From positions 3,029 to 67,028 of the forward strand of contig JABIAL010000021.1 in the NCBI GenBank assembly GCA_018653315.1: DNA of 64,000 nucleotides, given 5' to 3'. Made by a program: the position numbers and the translations under genes. Source of the stretch: a bacterium (GTDB lineage: Bacteria > Patescibacteriota > Patescibacteriia > UBA1558 > GWA2-36-10). Below the pieces are notes generated by a model that was given only the letters and a program-made list of their open reading frames with translations, did no database searches and was not told where the DNA came from. Shown piece by piece: positions 1 through 8,267 of this stretch (positions within the stretch are counted from its first letter, which is position 1; every line of letters starts with the position of its first letter).

Positions 1-38
1 AAGCGTTGTCATTCTATGTAGAATTGAGCTTTTAATAC

Positions 39-1004
39 TTAATCATTTTCATCTTCAATCTCCCCTACTAATTCTTCCAATAAATCTTCCATGGTTATCA
101 GGCCAATTACCTGATCTTCATTTTTTCTCTTAACAATGGCCATGTGGCTCTTTTTTTGTCTCATCTTAGCAAAAAGCTTATCTATCTTCGTATCTTCTGT
201 TACTTCTAAAATCGCTTGAATAAAATTTTCTAAGGGCTCCTCTCTTTTGTCACTATTCAAAATCTTCATTACATCTATAACATGAACATAACCAATAATA
301 TTATCTTTGTTGTTGCTATATACTGGGTAACGACTAAGTCCTTCTTGAGCCATAAAATACGCTACCTGATCAATTGCCGCATCTTTATTTAAAACAGCTG
401 CCTTATAAAAAGAAGTCATTACTTCTTTAACTATCTTATCGTTAAAAGATAAAACATTCATAATCATCTCGTGTTCTTCAAAATCAATCACCCCTTCTTC
501 TACTGCTAAACGGCTAAGCGCCTTAAATTCTTTTTCTGATACTATTTCTGGTTGTGCTCCTTTGGTTAAAACATATAAAACCTTTTCCATTAAAAACACG
601 ATGGGGAAAAATAAAATTTGCAAAGAATAAACCAAAGGTGCAAATAATAAGGACATTTTAGCAGCATTTATTTGAAACCAAGCTTTAGGGTACATTTCAC
701 CAAAAACTAAAATCAAAACAGTCATTACGCCAGTAGCAATACCAACACCAGCTGAACCAAATCTTTCTATCGCCCACATAGTAGCCAAAGAAGCAGCTCC
801 AATATTAACCAGATTATTACCTAATAAAATAATAGCCAATAATCTCCGTTTATTATTTAATAATTTCTGTAATATTTGCGAATTTGTTTTATTGGCTAAA
901 ACTAGCGATCTTAGTTTAGCAGAGGAGAGTGAAAATAAGGCGATTTCCATTCCAGAAAACCAACCAGATAGTAATATGAGTATAACTAATATAATTAAGG
1001 TCAT
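39..1004 (-). CDS. CNNM/DUF21 + CBS-pair membrane protein (CorB/HlyC-like, Mg2+/Co2+ homeostasis)
   Basis: N-terminal FSGMEIALFSL, GNNLVNI and FGEMYPK motifs of DUF21; C-terminal CBS pair (SRYPVY, GLITMEDLLEELVGEIEDE). Confidence 0.9.
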   Translation of the reverse strand: MTLIILVILILLSGWFSGMEIALFSLSSAKLRSLVLANKTNSQILQKLLNNKRRLLAIILLGNNLVNIGAASLATMWAIERFGSAGVGIATGVMTVLILVFGEMYPKAWFQINAAKMSLLFAPLVYSLQILFFPIVFLMEKVLYVLTKGAQPEIVSEKEFKALSRLAVEEGVIDFEEHEMIMNVLSFNDKIVKEVMTSFYKAAVLNKDAAIDQVAYFMAQEGLSRYPVYSNNKDNIIGYVHVIDVMKILNSDKREEPLENFIQAILEVTEDTKIDKLFAKMRQKKSHMAIVKRKNEDQVIGLITMEDLLEELVGEIEDEND

Positions 1005-1204
1005 GTTTTTTTGTTATTAAAAAATACCCGCAAAAACAGGTATTACTATTTATTAAGTTGATTATTTTTTATCTTTGTAGGGTTTGGTTCTTCTAAACTA
1101 CTCATATCTATATGATAGCAAATTTTTTCTTTTAAGTCACTATCACTGATCAAGTTATTAATAAGCCATGAAGGATAAGCTGAGATTTTTAAAAATGATT
1201 GCGA

Positions 1205-1255
1205 CGTGCCATCCGTAGCTTCGAGCGTAAATGAGAAGCGGAAGCGAAGGATGGT
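1205..1255. repeat. GC-rich palindromic element abutting the tRNA-Arg 3' end
   Basis: CCATCC-GTAGCTTCG...AGCGAA-GGATGG inverted repeat; one arm overlaps the tRNA CCA terminus. Confidence 0.6.
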
Positions 1256-1326
1256 GACCCCACCAGGAATCGAACCTGAATCTAGAACTTAGGAGGTTCT
1301 TGTTTTATCCGTTAAACTATGGGGTC
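1252..1326 (-). tRNA. tRNA-Arg(CCU)
   Basis: Reverse complement folds as a cloverleaf: GACCCCA acceptor, anticodon arm AGAAC-CT-CCT-AA-GTTCT, GTTCGATTC T-loop, encoded CCA. Confidence 0.95.
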
Positions 1327-1420
1327 TAAAAATTCCCGAGAATTATGAAATTATGCTTTGATTTTACTTAATATTAAATAAAATAATGTGTCGTAAAATA
1401 TTGTTTATTAAGCTCTTTTT

Positions 1421-1549
1421 TTAGAATATTTTAGTTAAAAAATCAAACTTATTATCCAAAAAATACAAAACTACAAAAACAAACAATAAGCCTAAGGATA
1501 AAAACATTGACCTTCTAATATCGCTTTTCAAAGATACTATTTTGTCCAT
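1421..1549 (-). CDS. small single-TM membrane protein (42 aa; not in ORF track)
   Basis: Hand translation MDKIVSLKSDIRRSMFLSLGLLFVFVVLYFLDNKFDFLTKIF*; one clear hydrophobic helix. Confidence 0.55.
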   Translation of the reverse strand: MDKIVSLKSDIRRSMFLSLGLLFVFVVLYFLDNKFDFLTKIF

Positions 1550-1640
1550 AATCTTTTTTATTTATTTATAAAGTATTAGTATTGTATTATAAGCAAATAA
1601 AAAAGTCTATCCCAAGCTATATTATTAATTAAATACGCTT

Positions 1641-1669
1641 TTGACTTTTTCATAGTTTTGCCCTAAGAT
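1641..1669 (+). promoter_or_regulatory. sigma70-like promoter of the bactofilin operon
   Basis: TTGACT-17 nt-TAAGAT, 28 nt upstream of the ATG at 1698. Confidence 0.55.
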
Positions 1670-1697
1670 AAACTAGCTTATAATTGATATTTAACTT

Positions 1698-2171
1698 ATG
1701 TTTAGCAAAAATCAACCTGTACATCAGGTAAAAAACATTGAAACTATTATCGGCCCATCAGTTAAAGTCGAGGGCGACTTCACAGGTGAAGGGGACTTAG
1801 TGATTGAAGGAATGCTAGTTGGTAATCTGTCCACCAAAAATAATTTAAAAGTTGGACAAAATGCTATTATTCAAGCAACAGTTAAAGCAAACAATGCTTT
1901 TATCTCTGGCAAAGTAAAAGGTGACATCACTGTTAAGGGTAAACTAGAGATCACCAGCACTGCTGTTATTTTGGGCGATATTAAGGCTCAAATTATCTCC
2001 ATCGAAAGCGGGGCTTTAATCAAGGGTTCTCTTGTGATGTCTGTTGGTGAAATAAAAATGGAAACCGAAGAGGTAATTGAAGAAAAAATAAAACCAACAA
2101 GCAAAGAAGAAAAGGTAGTAGAAAAAATAAAAGTCGCAGACCTCGAGCGAAGCCAAGAGGAAGATAAATAA
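1698..2171 (+). CDS. bactofilin (polymer-forming cytoskeletal protein)
   Basis: ETIIGPSVKVEGD...ISIESGA beta-helix repeats typical of bactofilins. Confidence 0.9.
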   Translation: MFSKNQPVHQVKNIETIIGPSVKVEGDFTGEGDLVIEGMLVGNLSTKNNLKVGQNAIIQATVKANNAFISGKVKGDITVKGKLEITSTAVILGDIKAQIISIESGALIKGSLVMSVGEIKMETEEVIEEKIKPTSKEEKVVEKIKVADLERSQEEDK

Positions 2172-2180
2172 ACGGAGGGT

Positions 2181-2927
2181 ATGTATCTTTATATTTACGA
2201 TTCTTTTTTGAATCATAAAAAATATAACGATCTCTTAATTAAAATAGAAAAGCGAATTACTGACCTAGGGATCAAAGGCAAGGTAGCCAGATTGTCTGTA
2301 CTAAAAAACATGAAGGAACTTATTCTTGATGGAGTAAGAGATGGAGTACAGACGGTGGTGGTCATTGGTAACAACCAAAGCTTTGCTAAAGTCATCAACA
2401 TCGTAGCCGATCTTGATGTTACTTTGGGTTTTGTGCCAGTAGATAATAATAGCTCTATTGCTAAAATGTTAGGTGTGCCGCCTGGTGTATTGGCTTGTGA
2501 GATTTTAGCTTCTCGGATTATCAAAAAAATAGATCTTGGTAAAATAAACAATCACTACTTTATTGATCATGCTGAAATTATTAATGGTGATGTAGTAATT
2601 GAATATGCTAATTTCAAAATTACCCCAACCACTAATGAAAACAAAATTACTCTTTATAATTTTGCTGGACAAAATATAAGCGTCGGTTCAAAACCGGCCG
2701 ATGGTATCTTAGAGGCTGTTATTACTCCGGTGAAATCAACAATGTTTGGCAAAAAGACTATTCCTGAAACCGTTCTGCCGTTTACTAAAATTAAGATTGG
2801 TAGTAATTCCGAAGAACAAGTTTCTATTGTTACTGATGAACAAATAATAATGAAAACGCCAGCTGAAATTGTTGTGGCACCACAAAAATTAAAAATTATT
2901 GTTGGCTCAGACCGACACTTTGAATAA
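2181..2927 (+). CDS. diacylglycerol-kinase-fold protein (degenerate)
   Basis: VVVIGN, LGFVPV and IDLGKINNHYF segments match the DAGK/YegS layout; the GGDG motif is absent. Confidence 0.7.
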   Translation: MYLYIYDSFLNHKKYNDLLIKIEKRITDLGIKGKVARLSVLKNMKELILDGVRDGVQTVVVIGNNQSFAKVINIVADLDVTLGFVPVDNNSSIAKMLGVPPGVLACEILASRIIKKIDLGKINNHYFIDHAEIINGDVVIEYANFKITPTTNENKITLYNFAGQNISVGSKPADGILEAVITPVKSTMFGKKTIPETVLPFTKIKIGSNSEEQVSIVTDEQIIMKTPAEIVVAPQKLKIIVGSDRHFE

Positions 2928-2950
2928 TAAAAAATAACACCTCATAATTT

Positions 2951-3027
2951 GTCATTCTGAATTTATTTCAGAATCTAACAAACTTAATATTTAATACTAG
3001 CTAGACCCTGAATCAAGTTCAGGGTGA
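2951..3027. repeat. bipartite REP/RPE-like palindromic element
   Basis: GTCATTCTGAATTTATTTCAGAATCT ... AGACCCTGAATCAAGTTCAGGGTGA: two hairpins that are also inverted copies of each other. Confidence 0.7.
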
Positions 3028-3071
3028 TTTTTTTAAAAGGAATTTTTTTATTTGACGAAATTTATATAAAT

Positions 3072-3110
3072 AAAAAACCACCCCAAGTGTAGTCGAAGGG
3101 TGATTTTTTT
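3072..3110. terminator. bidirectional terminator with repeat-derived loop
   Basis: A-tract, CACCC/GGGTG stem and T-tract between convergent genes; the loop contains TAGTCGAAGGG. Confidence 0.6.
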
Positions 3111-3113
3111 AAT

Positions 3114-3836
3114 TTAAGATTTTGTTTCGACAACTTCTACTTCTGGTTTCTTTTTCTTAAACCCTAGTACCATATATTGTTGGAAAACTGAGAACAAAGT
3201 AGTTAGCAACCAATAAAAAGTAAGTCCAGCTGGAAAACTTGCTCCGATAACAATGGTAATTATTGGCAAGAAATACATCATCTGATTAGTCATGGCAGCC
3301 GCTGGATTTTTAGCCTTACTCTTACTCATCATCATCTTAGATTGCCAAAACTGAGCTGCGCCAGCTAACACTGCTAGCACGATGCTTTTATCACTTAAGT
3401 TCAAAAAACCAAAAGCCATAATATCCAAAGATTGTGGATTGGCTACAAAAGTATATAATGAACTGCTATCAAAAATCGCTCCGTCTTTTAACTCATTGAA
3501 AAATACCCGATAAATCGCGAACAAAAAAGGAAGTTGAACCAACATTGGTAAACAAGATCCAAAGGGATTAATTTTTCTTTCTTTATATAGTGCCATTATT
3601 TCCGGCCCCATCTTTTCTTTATTGTCTTTGTATTTTTCTTTGATCGCTTCTATCTCTGGTTGAATGGTTTGTAAAGATTTTTGTGATCTAATTGCTTGTT
3701 TGGACAGGGGATACAAAATCAAACGAACAATGATAGTCAAAAAGACTATTGCTAGACCAAGATCTTGCCAGGCAATAGTATTGTATAAAAAAACTAATAA
3801 ATTAAAGATTGGTTGGTAAAAAATGGTAAAAAACAT
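3114..3836 (-). CDS. yidC: membrane protein insertase YidC
   Basis: IVRLILYPL, INPFGSCLPMLVQLP and GLTFYW motifs; canonical rpmH-rnpA-yidD-yidC context. Confidence 0.95.
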   Translation of the reverse strand: MFFTIFYQPIFNLLVFLYNTIAWQDLGLAIVFLTIIVRLILYPLSKQAIRSQKSLQTIQPEIEAIKEKYKDNKEKMGPEIMALYKERKINPFGSCLPMLVQLPFLFAIYRVFFNELKDGAIFDSSSLYTFVANPQSLDIMAFGFLNLSDKSIVLAVLAGAAQFWQSKMMMSKSKAKNPAAAMTNQMMYFLPIITIVIGASFPAGLTFYWLLTTLFSVFQQYMVLGFKKKKPEVEVVETKS

Positions 3837-3890
3837 TGTTATCTTTTTTTATTTAATAAATAATTACGTGTATTATACAGTATATATATT

Positions 3891-4163
3891 TTATAATAAA
3901 GGATCATCTCCACCCTTAGCCCAAGGATGACAACGAAAAATTCGTCGCATGCCCTTGAATCCTCCTTTAACTGCTCCATATTTTTCTATCGCTTGATAGG
4001 TATATTCAGAACAATGTGGTTTAAATCGGCAGTGCCCAAGTGGGTATTTATATTTAAACCAACCCATGTCTGGTGATAACGTGTGTTGGTATATCCGAAT
4101 CAGTACTAATAAAAAAATTCTTAGTGGTCTTTCTAAAAAATAATAAACCTCATTTACCCGCAT
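3891..4163 (-). CDS. yidD: membrane protein insertion efficiency factor YidD
   Basis: CRFKPHCSEY...RCHPWAKGGDDP motif. Confidence 0.92.
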   Translation of the reverse strand: MRVNEVYYFLERPLRIFLLVLIRIYQHTLSPDMGWFKYKYPLGHCRFKPHCSEYTYQAIEKYGAVKGGFKGMRRIFRCHPWAKGGDDPLL

Positions 4164-4497
4164 AAACTCCTATTTTAGCTAATGCAAATTTAAACTGTTT
4201 AGTAATGGTAGCAAAGTCTAGTTCTAATGCCTTTTTTCTAGCAATAACCAAAATCGAATAACCATCCTTAATATCTGGTAATAAATCTTTAATTGCTTCT
4301 CGCATTTGTCTTTTAATGCGATTTCTAGCAACTGCTTTTTTATCTACCTTAGTAGAAACCACAAAAGCTATTTTACTTGGTTTTTCTTTGGTCTTTTGAT
4401 ATTTAATAATAAATTCAGGCAAAAAAAACGTCTGACCCTGACGGATCAAACTTTTTATTTCCGTTTCTTTATGTAATCTATAAGCTACTGGTAACAT
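4150..4497 (-). CDS. rnpA: ribonuclease P protein component
   Basis: KKAVARNRIKRQMRE RNR motif; synteny. Confidence 0.95.
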   Translation of the reverse strand: MLPVAYRLHKETEIKSLIRQGQTFFLPEFIIKYQKTKEKPSKIAFVVSTKVDKKAVARNRIKRQMREAIKDLLPDIKDGYSILVIARKKALELDFATITKQFKFALAKIGVYAGK

Positions 4498-4581
4498 AGC
4501 ACTTAAACTTAAAACCTTACTAACTAATAGCTTCGTAGTGAAGTTTTCATGTTTAGATAAATTTTATAATAAAAAACACCC

Positions 4582-4722
4582 TTAGACAGTAAGACTATCT
4601 CTCTTTTTGATACGACGTCTTTTTAGTATGTTGCGACCACCATTTGTTGCCATTCTTGCTCTAAAACCATGTGTTCTAGCTCTTTTTCTGGTTTTTGGTT
4701 GGTACGTTCTTTTAGTAGCCAT
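4582..4722 (-). CDS. rpmH: 50S ribosomal protein L34 (not in ORF track)
   Basis: Hand translation [46 protein letters not shown]. Confidence 0.97.
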   Translation of the reverse strand: MATKRTYQPKTRKRARTHGFRARMATNGGRNILKRRRIKKRDSLTV

Positions 4723-4741
4723 GAATTTATTTATTATAATC

Positions 4742-4762
4742 CCTGCCTACCGGACAGGCAGG
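4742..4762. repeat. LPAGR-type palindrome, copy 1 (intergenic, upstream of rpmH)
   Basis: CCTGCCTACCGGACAGGCAGG, related to copies at 27849, 43566 and 61653. Confidence 0.85.
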
Positions 4763-4955
4763 CGCCTTCTAATGAGAAAAGTTAAATTGAACTGCTTTAA
4801 GATAACATGTTTTTATTATTTTGACAAGGCCAAACCTTGTCCACAGTAACCCACATTTTATTAACACCTTATTAACTATTGACCCGTTTAAGTAAAACTA
4901 AATTTATGGTATATTGTATGATATTGATTAAAAAACTACCAAAAAATCATAAAAT

Positions 4956-6323
4956 ATGAGTAATCACGATAAAAATTGGCAAAGTGTGTTAGGAGAACTG
5001 GAGCTTTTAATTAGCCGGGCTAATTTTACAACCTGGTTCAAAAACACTTTTATTTTTGAAACCGGTGAAAAAGAAGTGATTATTGGTGTGCCAAATGCCT
5101 TTACTAAGGTTTGGCTGGAAAAGAAGTACCATAAAAACATCGTAAAAGCTTTAGGAAACGTGTTATCAAAAAGTAATCTACAGGTTATCTACAGGGTAGC
5201 AAACCAAGATAATTCAACTAATGTTAGCAAAAAAACAATAAATCCTGTTAAAATATCTGAGCCACCTGTGAATAACTTTAATGAAAACAGAAGCTCTAAT
5301 CGCTTTGGTCTAAACCCTAAATATACCTTTCAAAGCTTTATTGTTGGCCCCGGTAATGAACTGGCTCAGGCAGCCGCTCAGGCAGCCGCTAAAAAACCAG
5401 GTGAATTATACAACCCCTTATTTATTTACGGTGGTGTTGGCTTAGGTAAAACCCATTTAGTACAGGCTGTTGGAAACTATCTTTTAGCTAAGGATAGCAC
5501 AAAAAAAATATTATACATCAATAGTGAAAAGTTTACTAATGACTTTATTTATGCTATTAAAAATGGCCGTACCGAACAATTTAAACAAAATTATCGTGAA
5601 GTTGATGTCTTATTAATAGATGATATTCAATTTATCGCTGGAAAAGAGCAGACTCAGGAAGAATTTTTCCACACTTTTAATGCTTTACACCAAAATAACA
5701 AACAAATAGTCATTTCCTCAGATAGACCGCCAAAGGCTATTCCGGCTATTGAAAGTCGTTTAATTTCTCGTTTTGAGTGGGGAATGATAGCTGATATCTC
5801 TTTTCCTGATCTAGAAACAAGAATGGCTATTTTAGAGGTAAAGTGCCAAGAAAAAAACTGTGTTCTAGACGAAGATATCATTACTTATATTGCTAAAAGT
5901 ATTCAAGATAATATTAGAGAGCTAGAAGGGGCACTTAATAGAATTATTGCCTTTCATCAATTAAACAACACTAAACCAAGCCTTGAGAGCGTCCGTTCTA
6001 TTTTGGGTGGTATTTCTGCCAACCCAAAACGAGCCGGATTAACTGTTAAAAAATTACTGAGCATTGTAATTGACTTTTATGGTATTTCTTTAGATGATAT
6101 TTTAGGTAGCAGTAGAAAAAGAGAATTAGTCACCCCTCGTCAAATAGCGATGTTTTTAATGCGAGAAGAGCTTAAATCGTCTTATCCTAGCATTGGACAG
6201 GGTTTAGGGGGTAGAGACCACACCACGGCGATGCATGCTTGTATAAAAATAACAAAGATCATCGATGTTGATGAAAAAATAAAAAATGACGTGGCTGTTT
6301 TACGCCAAAAAATGTATGAATAA
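4956..6323 (+). CDS. dnaA: chromosomal replication initiator DnaA
   Basis: NPLFIYGGVGLGKTHL Walker A, LLIDDIQF Walker B, GGRDHTT domain IV signature. Confidence 0.99.
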   Translation: MSNHDKNWQSVLGELELLISRANFTTWFKNTFIFETGEKEVIIGVPNAFTKVWLEKKYHKNIVKALGNVLSKSNLQVIYRVANQDNSTNVSKKTINPVKISEPPVNNFNENRSSNRFGLNPKYTFQSFIVGPGNELAQAAAQAAAKKPGELYNPLFIYGGVGLGKTHLVQAVGNYLLAKDSTKKILYINSEKFTNDFIYAIKNGRTEQFKQNYREVDVLLIDDIQFIAGKEQTQEEFFHTFNALHQNNKQIVISSDRPPKAIPAIESRLISRFEWGMIADISFPDLETRMAILEVKCQEKNCVLDEDIITYIAKSIQDNIRELEGALNRIIAFHQLNNTKPSLESVRSILGGISANPKRAGLTVKKLLSIVIDFYGISLDDILGSSRKRELVTPRQIAMFLMREELKSSYPSIGQGLGGRDHTTAMHACIKITKIIDVDEKIKNDVAVLRQKMYE

Positions 6324-6593
6324 ATCCCCTTAATAAGCTGTTAATAAACACTGGATAGAAGCTAAGTGCTTTGTTAATAAATAACGACTTATCAACACAC
6401 TTTTTTCACAAAGCAAAACTTATTCACATTTTCAAAAACATAAACACCACTAATCAACCGTTTATCCCAAGTTAAAATTCATCGTTTTGAATAAAAAAGT
6501 TTAACAAAATTAAATAAAACCCCACACTTATTAACATATCAACAGGCCTTACTACTACTACTATTTATATATAAATAACTAATATATAATTAT
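6324..6593. promoter_or_regulatory. replication origin oriC (dnaA-dnaN intergenic, with unwinding element)
   Basis: DnaA-box-like 9-mers (TTATCAACA 6389, TTATTCACA 6420, TTATTAACA 6528, ATATCAACA 6536, reverse TGTTAATAA 6339/6372), then GGCC, CTA trio repeats and an AT-rich tract. Confidence 0.85.
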
Positions 6594-7688
6594 ATGCACT
6601 TAAGTTGCACACAAGAAAATCTAAATAAAGGACTAGGACTGGTCTCACATATTGCCAATAAAAATAGCAACCTACCAATCTTAAATAATGTTCTCTTAAA
6701 AGCAGGTAAGAACGGCTTAACTTTAGTTACGACTGATCTAGAGATAGGGATTAAGGTTTTTGTTAGAAGCAAGGTAGAGGAAGAGGGTAGTTTTACAGTA
6801 GCTGCTAAACTATTAAATGAATTTATAGGTTTATTGCCAAGAGAAAATATAAATATAGCATTAAAAGAAGATAATCTTTATATTAAAAGCCAAAACCACA
6901 AAACCAATATTAAAGGATTAGAGGCCGAAGACTTTCCACTTATTCCAGAGATCGAAAAAGAAAATGAAGTTGAATTAAGTATTACAGAATTTAAAACAGC
7001 CCTAAGCCAAACCGTATTCGCCGCTTCTTTGGATGGTTCTCGAGCAGAAATCAACGCTGTTAACTTTTGTTTTTCCAAAGATGAACTAATAATGGCAGCC
7101 ACAGATAGTTATCGTTTAGCCGAAAAAAGATTAAGTATAAACAATAGTCAGGAGAAGTCGTTAATTATTCCACTGAAAACAATTCAGGAATTATTAAGAA
7201 TCCTAAACGACCAAGCAGAGCAGAAATTAAAGCTTTATTTTAATGAAAATCAAATCATGTTTGTTTTTGATGGGGTGGAATTAATTTCTCGTGTAGTAGA
7301 AGGGAAGTATCCAGACTATCAACAAATTATACCAAGTGATTTTAGCACTACTGCAAAATGTGAAACAAACAAGCTTATTCCTGCTATAAAATCCGCTGCT
7401 TTGTTTTGTAAACAGGGCATAAATGACGTTCGCTTAAGTTTTGCTAAAAATGAAATTGTAATTGCCTCTGCTTCTTCTGCTGTTGGTGAAAATGTTATTA
7501 AAGTGCCAGCTGAGGTTACCGGTGATGAGAACGACATTGTTTTTAACTTTAGATATTTATTAGATGGCCTAAGCAACATTGGCAAACAAGAGGTTGTGTT
7601 TAATATTAATAACAACGCCTCACCTGGTTTGTTACAAGGTAAAAATAATAAAAACTATCTTTATTTGATTATGCCAATTAGACAATAA
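6594..7688 (+). CDS. dnaN: DNA polymerase III beta clamp
   Basis: LPILNNVLL, TDLEIGI, ATDSYRLAE, YPDYQQIIP and YLIMPIR motifs. Confidence 0.98.
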   Translation: MHLSCTQENLNKGLGLVSHIANKNSNLPILNNVLLKAGKNGLTLVTTDLEIGIKVFVRSKVEEEGSFTVAAKLLNEFIGLLPRENINIALKEDNLYIKSQNHKTNIKGLEAEDFPLIPEIEKENEVELSITEFKTALSQTVFAASLDGSRAEINAVNFCFSKDELIMAATDSYRLAEKRLSINNSQEKSLIIPLKTIQELLRILNDQAEQKLKLYFNENQIMFVFDGVELISRVVEGKYPDYQQIIPSDFSTTAKCETNKLIPAIKSAALFCKQGINDVRLSFAKNEIVIASASSAVGENVIKVPAEVTGDENDIVFNFRYLLDGLSNIGKQEVVFNINNNASPGLLQGKNNKNYLYLIMPIRQ

Positions 7689-7693
7689 AATAA

Positions 7694-8257
7694 ATGATCT
7701 CTTTTTTACAAGGAAAAATTTTTCAGAAGAACGAAAGAAACATTACACTACTAGTAAACAACATTGGTTATAAGATTTTTTTAAACCAACTTTTTTTGAG
7801 CGAGCTTAAGTTAGAACAAGAGGCGCGGTTTTTTATTCACACGCATATTAAAGATGACGCCTTTGATTTGTATGGGTTTAGAAATACAGATGAGTTGGAA
7901 TTTTTTATACAATTACTATCTGTATCTGGTGTTGGTCCAAAAAGTGCGGTTAATATTTTGGGTTTAGCGAAACTAAATGATTTAAAAAAAGCCATTACCA
8001 GTGGTGATCCGAGTATTTTACAAAAAGTAGCAGGCATCGGTAAAAAAACAGCCGAAAGATTAGTGGTGGAGTTAAAAGAAAAAATAATTACCGACCTATC
8101 AGAGGCATTTATTCTTGGCGACGATGATAATCAAGTAGTAGAGGCTTTGGTATCCTTGGGTTATAAAGAAAAAGACATTAAAGTGCTAATTAAAGATTTA
8201 AAACTAGAGGGTAGTCTAGCTGATAAAGTTAAAATGACACTAAGGTCAATCAATTAA
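7694..8257 (+). CDS. ruvA: Holliday junction branch migration protein RuvA
   Basis: MISFLQG start; LLSVSGVGPKSA and GIGKKTAERLVVELKEK HhH motifs. Confidence 0.96.
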   Translation: MISFLQGKIFQKNERNITLLVNNIGYKIFLNQLFLSELKLEQEARFFIHTHIKDDAFDLYGFRNTDELEFFIQLLSVSGVGPKSAVNILGLAKLNDLKKAITSGDPSILQKVAGIGKKTAERLVVELKEKIITDLSEAFILGDDDNQVVEALVSLGYKEKDIKVLIKDLKLEGSLADKVKMTLRSIN

Positions 8258-8267
8258 TAAATAAAAT

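Noticed and set aside
4607-4849. 80-aa plus-strand ORF in the track
   Set aside because: Antisense shadow of rpmH (4582-4722) running through the palindromic repeat.
5364-5390. Perfect 12-nt tandem repeat GCTCAGGCAGCC in dnaA
   Set aside because: Encodes AQAAAQAAA in an Ala-rich helix that appears to be of normal DnaA length; no sign of an insertion or phase variation.
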